The position numbers were made by a program, and so were the translations under genes. 64,000 nt of DNA from an uncultured Gemmatimonadales bacterium (lineage in GTDB: Bacteria > Gemmatimonadota > Gemmatimonadetes > Longimicrobiales > RSA9). Below, in pieces: positions 29,745 to 40,363 of this stretch (its first letter is position 1; the number at the start of each line of letters is the position of its first letter). Under the pieces are notes generated by a model that saw nothing but the letters and a program-made list of their open reading frames with translations, was not told the DNA's origin and did not search any database. The stretch lies in assembly GCA_963741945.1 (NCBI GenBank), contig CAVUKA010000007.1, positions 32,001 to 96,000 on the forward strand. Reading direction: 5' to 3'.

Positions 29745-30737
29745 TTATTCGGGGCCGTTGGAACCAGGTGCTGGAGCCGCCAGTCTGGTAAGCAGGTTGC
29801 GCAGGATTTCGACATGAGAGCGAGCTTCCCTCGCCCTCGCTATGAGGCTCTCTCCAGTGTGGCCCCGAACCATCTCCTCCAGCATGCCGCTTCTCTCCTG
29901 TAGTGCCCGTAGCGCGATCCAGAGTGCCTGCTCGACAGAGTCATCCTTCGCCTCCGCCAGTGCTTCCATGGTGTAAGCGTGGCCGACGAGGCAGCGAAAC
30001 CTCTGTACGTCCGGGTCCTCCAGCTCTCGTATCGGCCCGTCGCAATCGGGGCAGCTGAAATCGGTGGAGCGGCTGGGTAACTCTCTCCAGTCGTCGGACA
30101 TGGCACGCTCGTTCAAATGGGCTTCAATACGGAGGATCTCGGGGACGGGTGGTGGCTCGGGTGCTCCCTCCCGGCACAACCGACCGAGTAACGCTGACAT
30201 CTCTTCGAGGGAGACCACCTGCGCCTCGGCGGCAGCCGCGATGGCATTTAGAGGCATTTGAGGGTGGGCCGCCTCGTCTGGATCCTGCACTACTGCGATC
30301 CCGCCACATCGATGCACCGCAGAGAGGCCGGCCGCGCCGTCGCTCTGGAGGCCGCTCAGGATGACGCCGATCACACGGCTGCGATGATGAACCGCTGCGG
30401 TTCTGAAGAGCGGATCAATCGCCGGTCGAGCGCGGTTCTCCCGGGGTCCGAAGCGGACCCGCACTGCGTCAGGTGCCACGAGCATGTGCCGGTCGGGCGG
30501 GGCGACCAGTATCCCGCCTGGCTTCAGAGGATCTCCGTCAGCGGCCATGCGGGCAGGCAGGCCTCCCCTCCTGTCGAGGATCTGCGCGAGCTGCCCGCCG
30601 GAGGACGGAGAGGTGTGCTGGACGACCAGGACGGCGGCCGGAAGATCGGCCGGGAGACCGGCGACGAGTGCGGAAAGCGCCTCAACACCCCCAAGGGAGG
30701 CGCCGATCACGACCAGGTCTCTCGTATCGTTGCTCAT
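29745..30737 (-). CDS. Stand-alone CheB-type methylesterase with Cys/His C-terminal domain
   Basis: GASLGG, VQH, RPAIDPLF and SGLQSDG (Ser-His-Asp triad); no receiver domain; tail CPDCDG..FRCLVGH. Confidence 0.88.
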   Translation of the reverse strand: MSNDTRDLVVIGASLGGVEALSALVAGLPADLPAAVLVVQHTSPSSGGQLAQILDRRGGLPARMAADGDPLKPGGILVAPPDRHMLVAPDAVRVRFGPRENRARPAIDPLFRTAAVHHRSRVIGVILSGLQSDGAAGLSAVHRCGGIAVVQDPDEAAHPQMPLNAIAAAAEAQVVSLEEMSALLGRLCREGAPEPPPVPEILRIEAHLNERAMSDDWRELPSRSTDFSCPDCDGPIRELEDPDVQRFRCLVGHAYTMEALAEAKDDSVEQALWIALRALQERSGMLEEMVRGHTGESLIARAREARSHVEILRNLLTRLAAPAPGSNGPE

Positions 30738-30856
30738 CGCCACGGCCAGGGTACCAGGTTCGGGATCGGCTTCAGCGGTCTCTGCCGCTAGGGTTCTGCA
30801 TTACTGCCACGCAAGCTACGCTCCCACTGTCGCCCTGTTGCCCCCTCCCCGCTGGG

Positions 30857-31396
30857 TCAGCTCGAGCCGGCAGACGGTGTCCACCGCACGGGAGGACTCT
30901 CGTCGCGTGCGGCGGCTTGGAGCGGGGGGAGTACCATCGCCCGAACCCTCACAACCGCGTCACGAAATCGGCCCGGAGCCCCGTCGTGAGCTCTCGATCG
31001 TTCGAGAAAGGCGGACCATTGCCTCTGGGCATCCAGGTCGTCGGCGAACGCTTCGCCGAGTCCGGCCGGCACCCCGTCCGGCAGATCCGTCCCGCGGTGA
31101 GCGAACGTCTCGCGAATCTGCTCGAACAGGATAGATCCGTCGAATTGCCGCTCGCTCGCGAGTACCGTGAGATCGAAGTAGTCTTTGAAGCGGCTGGTGA
31201 CAATCCCGAAGCGGACAATCGCCTCGACCTTCTCCGCTACGGCGGTTTCGGCCGTGTAGGCGGCAAGGCAGGGAGCTGAGAAGCCCAGAAGCGAGGGAAG
31301 CTCGACCTCCTCCGGCTCGACCACGATCGCGTCGCCGTAGCCAATGTCCACCTGCGCAGTCACCCGTGCGCTACCCACCCGCGCCTCCACCCCCAT
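30857..31396 (-). pseudogene. 5'-truncated AbiEii-family nucleotidyltransferase toxin
   Basis: QVDIGYGDAI, AYTAETAVAEK..SRFKDYFDL and QWSAFL motifs. The N-terminal catalytic region and any AbiEi antitoxin gene are absent. Confidence 0.8.
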
Positions 31397-31530
31397 CCAG
31401 GCTTCGGCCGTCAGGCGCCGCGCCGACGGTCAGGTGTCGCCAAGGAGTGGTAGCGGCTGAAGCTACTCCCCTATGATGGATTCACGGCCTGGTGAGGGCC
31501 CTTCACAATCAGAGACGACGGAGGCGAAGA

Positions 31531-31961
31531 ATGACCATGCGCAAGTACGAGATCCGCTTGGTCGACGGGCTGATCCACTTCCACGGACGAGAGCTCGCCC
31601 AGAAGCGCGGACGAGTGGCGGTGCCCGACGGAACGCCCGCTCGTATGACCGTCACCGTGTACAGTCGACAGAACGCGAAGGATTCATAAGGGAGGACATC
31701 CGACTGGGCGGTCGGACGTTCACCTTCGTACACCGGATCCATCCCGGCACATCCCTGTCCTGGAACGCGCCAGACTGGATGCCGGCTGGTCCCGATTTGC
31801 TGGGCGAAACGTGGGACATGGCCTGCCGGGTCGATGAGAGGCTCCGACCGGTCAGGAAATGGACCCCCACCGGTGACCACGAGGAATTCAGGGTCCCGAC
31901 CGGTGACGGGACCTATCTCGTGGTCCGCGCGGGGGCCATCCCTACGAACGGACCAGGCTGA
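31531..31961 (+). pseudogene. Hypothetical protein, apparently frameshifted near 31665
   Basis: GGAGG plus ATG gives MTMRKYEIRLVDGLIHFHG..TVYS; protein-like sequence continues in another frame as EREGFIREDIRLGGRTFTF.. Confidence 0.45.
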
Positions 31962-32154
31962 GAACCCGTGGTGACCTGATCCGCCTCATGATGCCTGGCG
32001 GCTGCTTCAGGCAAAATCGGGGAGCCTTCATGAACCTCCGAGGGTTGTCGGAGCCGTTGTCAAGCGAGGCAACGCGCTCCCAGGTCTTTGTGGCCAAACA
32101 CTTTGCCCGCAGGGCGCGACCCGATTGCGGGCAGACGCATTGTCACAAGTTTTG

Positions 32155-33369
32155 TCACGTTGCCCGATCGGGATCTTTGGTGGCGAGGCGGAAACGTACG
32201 TATTTCAGCCGCACCATCGAGGCGATTCCGAAGGCTGGCCCGATGGCGAGAAGGCTGAAGGCGGGCCCCCATCCAAACCGCTCCACGATCCCGATGGTCA
32301 GCCAGATCGACACGGCCGTGAGGGCAAATCCCAGCGACGTCTGGAGCGTCAGCGCCGTCCCCACCGCGTGCTGGGGCGCGACCTCCGTGACCACTGCGCT
32401 GAACTGCGCCGAGTCGGCGACGACGGCGAAACCCCCATACCATTGCGAGCGTTACGACCACAACGGCGGCGCCGCCATGAGCCAGCCGATCACCAGGGAG
32501 CACGAGCCGCTCACCGCCATGGCCCAGATGGTCACGCGCTCGCGGCCGAGCCTGTCGGCCCACGCGCCAGCCAGCACGCAGCCGAGCCCGCCCATGGCGA
32601 TGGCGCCGAAGCCGACCAGCGAGCCGAGCACCTCGGCGCTCGCGCCGCCGCCGGCCCGCGCGGCGAAGAATTGCGAAAAGAAGAGTGCCACGAGCGTCCA
32701 GCAGGCGTACAACTCCCACATGTGGCCGAGATAGCCGAAGATGGCGAGCCGGGTCGGGCGGTCGGCCAGCACGCGCCCGACCAGCCGGAGCGAGAAGGGG
32801 CGCCGCTCGAACGGGTGCGGCCCCGGACGATATCCGAGGAAGACGAGGGCCGCGGCAAGGACCGCCCCGGTGGACGCCGTCCCGATCACGAGCGCGACAC
32901 TGGCCTCCGCGAAAGCGTGCGCCAGGTATGGCGTCGCTTTCCCCACCGTGAGAGCGCCCACCACGGTGCCGATGGCAAGGCCTCGCCCGCTGCGGAACCA
33001 GGTCGAGACCATTTTCATGGCCGGTGGATACACGCCGGCCAGAAAGAACCCGGTCAGAAAACGGAGGCCCAGCGTGGCGACATAGCCTGGCGCCACGACA
33101 ATGGCTGCATTCGCCGCCGCGCCGAGAAGCGCGGACCCCACGAAGTAGTGGCGATCGGGGAGGAGGTCGGCGAGGTTGAGGAGGGCGGCGATGGCCGTGC
33201 CGGCGACGAATCCGATCTGCACCACCGTCGTCAGCCAGCCGGCCTGTCCCGGCGTCAGGCTCCACAGCGCCTCCAGCTGCGGCGAGACCGCACTGGCGGT
33301 GAACCAGAGCGACATGCCCATGAGCTCGGCACCGCTCAGGAGCGCGAGGATGCTCCACCGGGTTTTCAT
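32155..33369 (-). pseudogene. MFS transporter interrupted by two compensating indels (likely sequencing error)
   Basis: MSLWFTASAV, YPPAMK, GYLGHMWELYA and DSAQFSA..TALTLQ motifs. A -1 at about 32458 and a +1 at about 32430-32436 create an in-frame TAA at 32452. Confidence 0.85.
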
Positions 33370-33804
33370 TCCACTCCTGTTCGAGCGCGCGGTCACCACA
33401 GCGGGATGTCCGAGGGGGGCCCCGCAGTGTGCCCTCCCTGCGGGCGCCGCCGCAAGCCTGCAGGTTCTGCGGGATGTACTTGCGCTCGGCGCCCCGAAAA
33501 CTCAATCTTGCAATGTCGCTCCAAAGTTGAGCCTATACAGGAGCGGCTCCCACCTTTCGGGTGATCGCATGACACGGCAGGAGCGCGAGAGTCGGGGCGA
33601 CGTCGGTCGGCCCCGCAGTGATGCCCGGGCCATCAGCCCGGGCCGGAAACACCTCCGCGCCTCTTTCCCCCCATATCTCCACGCCCGGCCGAGCCGGGTG
33701 AACGGTGCCCTTCGTCCGCGCGAAAGGAGGCGCTGACCAGCGGGCGACTCGCAGATCCGGACTGCAGTCTGATCACAGACCCACCCTGCCAAGGAGGGAG
33801 CAGT

Positions 33805-36800
33805 ATGAACGCCCGGCATTGTTTGAATGCTGCAGTGCTGGCGGCGCTCACCTTGGTCCCGATCGGGCTGTCTGCTCAGCAGACGGCCACGCTCGCGGGC
33901 CAGGTGACGGGGCCAGATGGTGTGCCGCTCGTAGCAGCCACCGTAGAAGTCGAAGGATTGAACTTCGGGACGCTGACGAACGACCAGGGCCGGTACCTGA
34001 TCACGGTTCCGGCGTCGCGCGTGCAGGGACAGGACGTCACGGTCACGGCCACGATGATCGGCCACCGTTCCCAGTCCCACACCGTCACGCTCAGCGGCGG
34101 CGCCATCACCCTCAACTTCATCCTGGGGGAAGACCCCCTGAAGCTGAGCGAGATCGTGGTCACCGGGCAGGGCACGAGGCAGGAACGTGCCAAGCTCGGC
34201 GTGAGCATCAGCTCCGTGGGCGGTCAGGAGCTGGTCCAGTCGCAGGAGTCGAACGTCGTGGCGGCGCTGGCGGGCAAGGCCCCCAACGTCGAAGTGACGA
34301 GCTCGGCCGGCGACCCCGGCGCCAGCGCGTACATCCGCATCCGCGGCGCCTCCTCCATCGTCGGCGGCACACAGCCGCTGTTCGTGGTGGACGGCACGCC
34401 GATCAGCAACGCGACACACGGGCTGGAAGGCTCGACGGCGGGAACGGTGGTCTCGAACCGGGCCATCGACCTGAACCCGGAAGACATCGCGAACATCGAG
34501 ATCCTGAAGGGCGCGGCCGCGGCGGCGCTGTACGGGTCGCGTGCGGCGAATGGCGTGGTGCTCATCACCACGAAGCGGGGACAGCCCGGGACGAGCCGGG
34601 TGACGTACAGCACGTCCTACAGCTTCGACGACGTGAACAAGACGGTCCCGCTCCAGACCAGCTACGGTCAGGGATTCGTCAACCTGGACGACCTGACGAC
34701 CAACATCTCCCCCACCTCATCCGCGAGCTGGGGTCCGAAGCTGGGCCCCGGGATCCCGGTGTACGACCACGCCGACGAGGTGTACCGTACCGGCCACCGC
34801 TTCGAGAACAACCTGACCTGGTCGGGCGGTAGCGAGCGGACGACGTACTACCTGTCCATCGGACGGTTGGACCACGGCGGCGTCATCGTGGGCCCGCAGA
34901 AGTACCAGCGCACCACGGTCCGCCTGAAGGGGACGCACTCCTTCTCGGACGCCCTGCGCATTGGCGGGAACATCGCCTACACCGACGGCGTCGGCGACTT
35001 CGTGCAGCAGGGTTCGAACATCTCCGGCATCCAGCTGGGCGCGCTGCGCACGCCGCCGGACTTCAACAACCTGCCGTACATCGACCCGGTGACGGGGCTC
35101 CATCGCTCCTACCGCTACCCGAATCCCACGCTGCTGGCGCGGACCCGCGGCTACGACAACCCGTTCTGGATCGCGAACAAGATCACGAACACGGCCAACG
35201 TGGGGCGCGCGTTCGGCAACGTCAGCGCGGAGTACACAGCGGCGCCATGGCTGAGCTTCAACCTGGTGGTGGGCGGTGACTACGCCAACGACGAGCGGCT
35301 GACGACATTCCCGAAGAGCTCGTCGAGCTACCCGGACGGCGCGGTGCTGCGCGGCGACTTCGTCGACAAGTCGTACGACGAGACGCTGACCGCAACCATG
35401 AACCGGACGCTGATGGAAGGCCTGGACGCCACCATCACGCTCGGCCAGAACCTCAACCAGTCCCAGTACCAGCGCTACCAGGTGGACGGGTCGCAGCTGA
35501 TCTTCGGCACCGATCAGCTCGATTTCACGGTGTCGAAAGACCCGAACGAGTACCGCGAGACCATACGGACCGACGGGTGGTTCTCCCAGGTGCAGCTCGA
35601 CCTGGCCAACCAGCTGACGCTGACCGGGAACTTCCGGCTCGACGGCTCCAACACCTTCGGGGCCGGCACGTCCAGCCGCTTCTTCTATCCGGGCGTGAGC
35701 GCCTCCTGGCGGTTCTCCCAGATGAACGATTTCGGCGGGCTGCTCAGCTTCGGCCGACTGCGCGCCTCGTACGGCGTGACAGGGCGTCAGCCGCCGCCGT
35801 TCTCGAACGTGTCCGCGTACACCACCGGCGCATTCTCCGACGGCTGGCTCGACCAGGGACTCCAGTCGATCTATCTGGGGAACGAGGGCGTGTTCGCCCA
35901 GGGGACGCTCGGCAATGACGCCATCAAGCCGGAGCGGGAGAAGGAGGTCGAGGGCGGTATCGACCTGGCCTTCCTGCAGGACAGGATCAGCTTCGGACTC
36001 ACCTATTACAACCGCGAGACGACCGACGCCATCCTCAGCGTTCCCGTTCCGCCCAGCACGGGCTACTTCTCCAAGTACGAGAACGTGGCCGGCTGGACGA
36101 ACAAGGGGTGGGAGGCCACGCTCGACCTGACGCCGATCCGGACGGACAACTTCAGCTGGACGATCGGCGGTCAGTGGTCCACCAACAAGAGCTGCGTCAA
36201 GAACATCGGCGGCGCCAATGACGTCTTCCTGAACGGGTTCACGGACACGTACGCCGCGCTGGTCAAGCCGGATGCGAACGGGGACTGCTACCAGTTCGGT
36301 GTCCTCTTCGGGACGGACTGGATCCGCTTCGGCCGCGGCAGCCAGGTGGGTGGCGTGAACATCGACCAGGCATACCCGAACGCCGCGGATGGCACCGTCT
36401 ACATCGGCGCCGACGGCTTCCCGATCGGAGACCCCCAGTACCGCGTGCTGGGCGACCCGGCGCCGGACTGGCTGGCGAGCATCCGGACGAACGTGACGCT
36501 CTTCCAGAAGCTGCGGCTGGGCGCGCTGTTCGACTTCAAGCAGGGCGGCGACGTCTGGAACGGGACGAAGGGCGCCCTCTACTACTTCGGCACCCATCAG
36601 GGCACCGAGGCGATGCACGGCGCCGGCGAGCCGCGCGTGTTCGAAGGCGAGGGCCCCGGCGCGGGAACGCAGGTGATGCTCAACTGGGACACGTGGGGGT
36701 ACAACGGGCCCGGCAGCGGCTTCACTGGCCCCGCCGTCCAGTTCGTCGAAGACGGCAGCTACGTCAAGCTGCGTGAGCTCAGCGTCTCTTACGACCTGAA

Positions 36801-36996
36801 CGCCGAATGGCTCCGGCCGCTCGGATTCAGTGCCGCGCAGATCACGGTGGCGGGACGGAACCTGGTCACCTGGACCGACTATACCGGCATCGACCCGGAG
36901 AGCAATCTCACGGGACCGAGCACCGGCCGCGGGCTGGACTATTTCAACAACCCGCAAACGCGGTCCTGGGTCATCGGCGCATCCCTTACCCGCTAA
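33805..36996 (+). CDS. SusC/RagA-family TonB-dependent outer membrane transporter
   Basis: N-terminal extension, EIVVTG, plug motifs PLFVVDG and DIANIEILKGAAAAALYGSRAANGVVLITTK, and EDGSYVKLRE. Confidence 0.96.
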   Translation: MNARHCLNAAVLAALTLVPIGLSAQQTATLAGQVTGPDGVPLVAATVEVEGLNFGTLTNDQGRYLITVPASRVQGQDVTVTATMIGHRSQSHTVTLSGGAITLNFILGEDPLKLSEIVVTGQGTRQERAKLGVSISSVGGQELVQSQESNVVAALAGKAPNVEVTSSAGDPGASAYIRIRGASSIVGGTQPLFVVDGTPISNATHGLEGSTAGTVVSNRAIDLNPEDIANIEILKGAAAAALYGSRAANGVVLITTKRGQPGTSRVTYSTSYSFDDVNKTVPLQTSYGQGFVNLDDLTTNISPTSSASWGPKLGPGIPVYDHADEVYRTGHRFENNLTWSGGSERTTYYLSIGRLDHGGVIVGPQKYQRTTVRLKGTHSFSDALRIGGNIAYTDGVGDFVQQGSNISGIQLGALRTPPDFNNLPYIDPVTGLHRSYRYPNPTLLARTRGYDNPFWIANKITNTANVGRAFGNVSAEYTAAPWLSFNLVVGGDYANDERLTTFPKSSSSYPDGAVLRGDFVDKSYDETLTATMNRTLMEGLDATITLGQNLNQSQYQRYQVDGSQLIFGTDQLDFTVSKDPNEYRETIRTDGWFSQVQLDLANQLTLTGNFRLDGSNTFGAGTSSRFFYPGVSASWRFSQMNDFGGLLSFGRLRASYGVTGRQPPPFSNVSAYTTGAFSDGWLDQGLQSIYLGNEGVFAQGTLGNDAIKPEREKEVEGGIDLAFLQDRISFGLTYYNRETTDAILSVPVPPSTGYFSKYENVAGWTNKGWEATLDLTPIRTDNFSWTIGGQWSTNKSCVKNIGGANDVFLNGFTDTYAALVKPDANGDCYQFGVLFGTDWIRFGRGSQVGGVNIDQAYPNAADGTVYIGADGFPIGDPQYRVLGDPAPDWLASIRTNVTLFQKLRLGALFDFKQGGDVWNGTKGALYYFGTHQGTEAMHGAGEPRVFEGEGPGAGTQVMLNWDTWGYNGPGSGFTGPAVQFVEDGSYVKLRELSVSYDLNAEWLRPLGFSAAQITVAGRNLVTWTDYTGIDPESNLTGPSTGRGLDYFNNPQTRSWVIGASLTR

Positions 36997-37012
36997 CCGC
37001 AAGGAGAGAGAC

Positions 37013-38443
37013 ATGCCTAGCAAGAGAAACCGGTGGAGCCGCGCCGCAGGCGTGGCGCTGGTCGCCGGCCTCGCTCTCGGCGGGTGCGATTTCATCAGCC
37101 CGATCGATACGAACCCGAACGCGGTTCCGACGGCCACGGTGGACCAGCTCCTCACGTCGGTCCAGGTGAACACGTTCTTCTTCAGCGAAGGCCAGATCGC
37201 CCGGCTCACGTCCATGTGGCTGCAGCAGATGGCCGGGAACCAGCGGCAGTTCAGTCAGCTGGACCAGTACCTCATGTCCGAGATCGACGTGGACGGCGAG
37301 TTCTCGACGATCTACACGGGCGGCGGCCTGGTCGACCTGCGCAAGGCGATCGCCCAGGCGGAGGAGCAGGGGTGGGACGTCTACTCCGGGATCTTCAAGA
37401 TCCACGAGGCCTACCTGTTCGGGATGGCCGCCAGCATCTGGGGCGACATCCCCTTCAGCGAGGCCGGCGGCGTGGAGGGCGTTGATCACCCGAAGGCCGA
37501 TGACCAGGCGGATGTTTACGGAGCCGTCCAGTCGCTCCTGGATGGCGCCCTTTCCGACCTGCAGAGCGGGGGCGGTCCGAGCCCGGGCGCGGTCGACCTG
37601 GTGTTCGGCGGCGACAAGGCTGCGTGGATCAAGGTGGCCCACAGCCTGAAGGCCCGCTTCTACATCCAGAACGGCGACTACGCTTCCGCGATGAGCGAGG
37701 CCCAGCAGGGGATCAGCAGCGCCAGCGGGAACTGGATGACCGTGCACAGCGGTCCCACGTTCTCCGGCTTCGGAAATCCGTGGAACGAATTCATCTTCGC
37801 GTCCCGCAGCGGCTACATCGTGGGCGGCGCGTTCGGGGTCAACGTCCTGAAGGACCGCTTCGGCCCCGGCAACGATGATCCGCGGCTGCCGATCTACTAC
37901 AGCACAGGCACGGGCCCGTACGCCGGGATGTTCGCCGGCTCGCCTCCGCTCACGCCCGCCGATGATCCGGCGGACGACGCCTCGGTGCTTTCCCAGACCG
38001 GGTTCGGTGCGGCCGATGCCAGCATGCCGATGGTGTCATGCGCCGAGACGCAGCTGATCGTGGCAGAAGCGGCGCTGCACAACGGCAACCCGGGCGCGGC
38101 AGGAACGGCAATGGAAGCGGCGAGGTCGTGTCAGGAAGCGCTTTATGGCATCACGCTCCCGCCGGCGCCGGCCAACCCCACGCTCGCACAGGTGATGGAA
38201 GAGAAGTACATCGTGCAGTTCCTGAACATCGACGCGTGGAACGATTACAAGCGCACGTGTCTCCCCGACCTGATCGCCAACTCTGCGGCCAAGGGCTGGG
38301 CGATTCCGACGGCAGCCACGCCGGTCCCCGTACGCATGTACTACGGGCAGGGCGAACGGCAGCAGAACCCGAACCTGCCGGAGCCGGACGCCACCGGGAA
38401 CACGCTGTACTCCATCGACAACGCTTCGCCGTGCACCACCTGA
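37013..38443 (+). CDS. SusD/RagB-family lipoprotein
   Basis: Lipobox LGGC; NPN, WGDIPFSEA, SLKARF, DPRL, EKY and WNDYKRT motifs; directly downstream of susC. Confidence 0.93.
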   Translation: MPSKRNRWSRAAGVALVAGLALGGCDFISPIDTNPNAVPTATVDQLLTSVQVNTFFFSEGQIARLTSMWLQQMAGNQRQFSQLDQYLMSEIDVDGEFSTIYTGGGLVDLRKAIAQAEEQGWDVYSGIFKIHEAYLFGMAASIWGDIPFSEAGGVEGVDHPKADDQADVYGAVQSLLDGALSDLQSGGGPSPGAVDLVFGGDKAAWIKVAHSLKARFYIQNGDYASAMSEAQQGISSASGNWMTVHSGPTFSGFGNPWNEFIFASRSGYIVGGAFGVNVLKDRFGPGNDDPRLPIYYSTGTGPYAGMFAGSPPLTPADDPADDASVLSQTGFGAADASMPMVSCAETQLIVAEAALHNGNPGAAGTAMEAARSCQEALYGITLPPAPANPTLAQVMEEKYIVQFLNIDAWNDYKRTCLPDLIANSAAKGWAIPTAATPVPVRMYYGQGERQQNPNLPEPDATGNTLYSIDNASPCTT

Positions 38444-38476
38444 TGTGACCGGCGGTCACGGACGCCACTCTTCAAC

Positions 38477-38512
38477 CCTCGGGCCGGCCGGTATGGCCGG
38501 CCCGAGGCCTTT
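38477..38512 (+). terminator. Terminator-like hairpin after susD
   Basis: 13-bp perfect stem CCTCGGGCCGGCC/GGCCGGCCCGAGG followed by CCTTT. Confidence 0.65.
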
Positions 38513-38560
38513 CCTGGCGCCAGTCTTGGCGCGGAGCGCTCCGCCCGCTACCCTATTCGC

Positions 38561-39004
38561 ATGATCCGGAACACGCTTCTCGTCGCGGCCGCGCTGCTGC
38601 TCAGCGGCTGCTTTTCCTACGTGCCCGTGCCGGTGGGCGGGGAGCTTTCGCAGGGGACGGCCATCCGCGCCTCCCTCACCCGCCCCGCCGACTATCGCCT
38701 CACCAACTATACCGCGAACGACATCGTGGAAGTGGAAGGTGAGCTGGTGCGCGCCAAGACGGACACCCTCATCATGTCCGCCTTCACCCTGCGCGCGGCA
38801 AGCGGATACGAGTTCCTCGCCGAAGGGGAAACCGTCAGTATCCCGCGGGCGAGGATCGGCGGCGTCGAGCGCAAGAAGTTGTCCGTCTGGCAAACTGCGC
38901 TCGTGGCCGGCGGATTCGTCGCGCTCGTCACGCTCGGTGGGTATGCCCTGGGCGTGGGCGGTGGCGGGAGCGATGGTGGCGACGGGGGCGGTCAGACGCA
39001 GTAG
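38561..39004 (+). CDS. Hypothetical lipoprotein
   Basis: Lipobox LSGC, beta-rich core, C-terminal TM segment and Gly-rich tail. Confidence 0.8.
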   Translation: MIRNTLLVAAALLLSGCFSYVPVPVGGELSQGTAIRASLTRPADYRLTNYTANDIVEVEGELVRAKTDTLIMSAFTLRAASGYEFLAEGETVSIPRARIGGVERKKLSVWQTALVAGGFVALVTLGGYALGVGGGGSDGGDGGGQTQ

Positions 39005-39056
39005 CCTTCAGCAGCCCGCCGGCCAGCGCGGCCCGCTCCGCGACGCTACGTCGGCG

Positions 39057-39524
39057 TCAGTGGGGCTCGCCGCCAACCGCGCTCCAGGCCCCACCGGAGC
39101 GGCGCACGCGGACATCCCACGTGGCTTCCTCCACCGGTTTGCCGGCGGAGGAGCCCCGGTACCACGCGTAGACGCGGACCATGCCCTGGTCACCGTGGAG
39201 CACGGGCGGCGAGATCGCAAGCAACGCATCCACCGACAGCGTGCATGTGGACGGGTCCATGACGTCCCGGCACAAGCGAGCGTCCTCGAGCTTCAGCAGC
39301 CTGGCCCCGATGGCCCGCGCCACCGCTCCGGCGACGGCATCGCCCACGCCGCCATCGGAGCGCGTGGGATCCAGCCCCAGCGCGCCGTCCGGGAGCCGGT
39401 CCCGGGCCCACTCCCCCGCGGCCACCATGGGCGCCGTTTCCGCCCGCGGCTCCTGCGCCGCGGCCGGACCGGCAGCGACTGAGCCGAACGCCATGATCAC
39501 CGCCGCCGCCAACCGTGCGCGCAT
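39057..39524 (-). CDS. Hypothetical exported protein
   Basis: Signal peptide MRARLAAAVIMAFGSVAAGPAAAQ, GAGGGG RBS and one Cys pair. Confidence 0.7.
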   Translation of the reverse strand: MRARLAAAVIMAFGSVAAGPAAAQEPRAETAPMVAAGEWARDRLPDGALGLDPTRSDGGVGDAVAGAVARAIGARLLKLEDARLCRDVMDPSTCTLSVDALLAISPPVLHGDQGMVRVYAWYRGSSAGKPVEEATWDVRVRRSGGAWSAVGGEPH

Positions 39525-39631
39525 GTCGTCCCCCTCTGCTCCCGACCCCGAAGGCTGTCTCCACGGCCCCCGATTAGGTGCAAGGGGCGCGCCCGCGCGG
39601 CCCCCCGCACCACCCCCACCCTCCCGGCCGA

Positions 39632-40066
39632 CTACACTTCGCCCGGGCGATGCCGATGCAGCTCGGTCAGGCCGGCATGGACGTGGCCGTGATCGTGGCC
39701 ATGGTCGTGGCCGTGGCCCTGACACGCCTGCGCCGGCGTCATCCGCACAAGGCGGCTCTCCCGGAATGCGTCCACCGCCGCCCGCACCGTGAACGCGTCC
39801 GTGGCGAACACCATCATCCCGGCCGCTTCCAGTCGGGCCAGCGCCCGGCCACCCAGACCCCGGCACACCACCGCCCCGATTCCCTGCCCCTCCAGCCCAG
39901 CCGTGGGCTGACACTGACCGTGCTCGTGCCGCGCGTGCGCGTTCTCGAGCGCCGTTACGACGCCCGTCTCCGCCTCCACCAGCGTGAACCACGGCGCGCT
40001 CCCGAAATGCGGAGACACGCGCGCATCCAGCCCCGCCTCATTCGTGCTCGGTATGCAAAGCTTCAC
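39632..40066 (-). CDS. NifB/NifX-family metallocluster-binding protein with His-rich tail
   Basis: VSPHFGSAPWF, HEHGQC and VVCRGLG motifs; tail CQGHGHDHGHDHGHVH. Confidence 0.88.
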   Translation of the reverse strand: MKLCIPSTNEAGLDARVSPHFGSAPWFTLVEAETGVVTALENAHARHEHGQCQPTAGLEGQGIGAVVCRGLGGRALARLEAAGMMVFATDAFTVRAAVDAFRESRLVRMTPAQACQGHGHDHGHDHGHVHAGLTELHRHRPGEV

Positions 40067-40349
40067 GATCCGCCCCTTTCTCGATTATCAGCGCTGAAGA
40101 CGTCACCAGCGCTCTCACCATCTTGCCGCGGCCCGAACTCACCAGCCGCTGTACCGTTCCCCGGGATACCCCCATCAACTCCCCCGCCGCCGCCTGCCCA
40201 TGCCCTTCCATGTCGCACAGGCGCAGCGCTTCCAGCTCGTCCAGCCGCAGCGTCACCTTCTCCAGATCCGGCATCGGGATGCTCCGGGGCTTGAATACGG
40301 TGTCCCCGTCGAACTCCCGGCAATGGCGCTGCTTCCGTGGTCGCGGCAC
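40038..40349 (-). CDS. DUF134 (UPF0251) HTH DNA-binding protein
   Basis: MPRPRKQR, FKP, ELEALRLCD and MGVSRGTVQR motifs. Confidence 0.92.
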   Translation of the reverse strand: MPRPRKQRHCREFDGDTVFKPRSIPMPDLEKVTLRLDELEALRLCDMEGHGQAAAGELMGVSRGTVQRLVSSGRGKMVRALVTSSALIIEKGADREALHTEHE

Positions 40350-40363
40350 GTGGCCTCCATTCT

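Noticed and set aside
39632-40066. NifB/NifX domain as evidence of nitrogen fixation
   Set aside because: There are no nifHDK genes, and this domain paired with DUF134 is common in non-diazotrophs.
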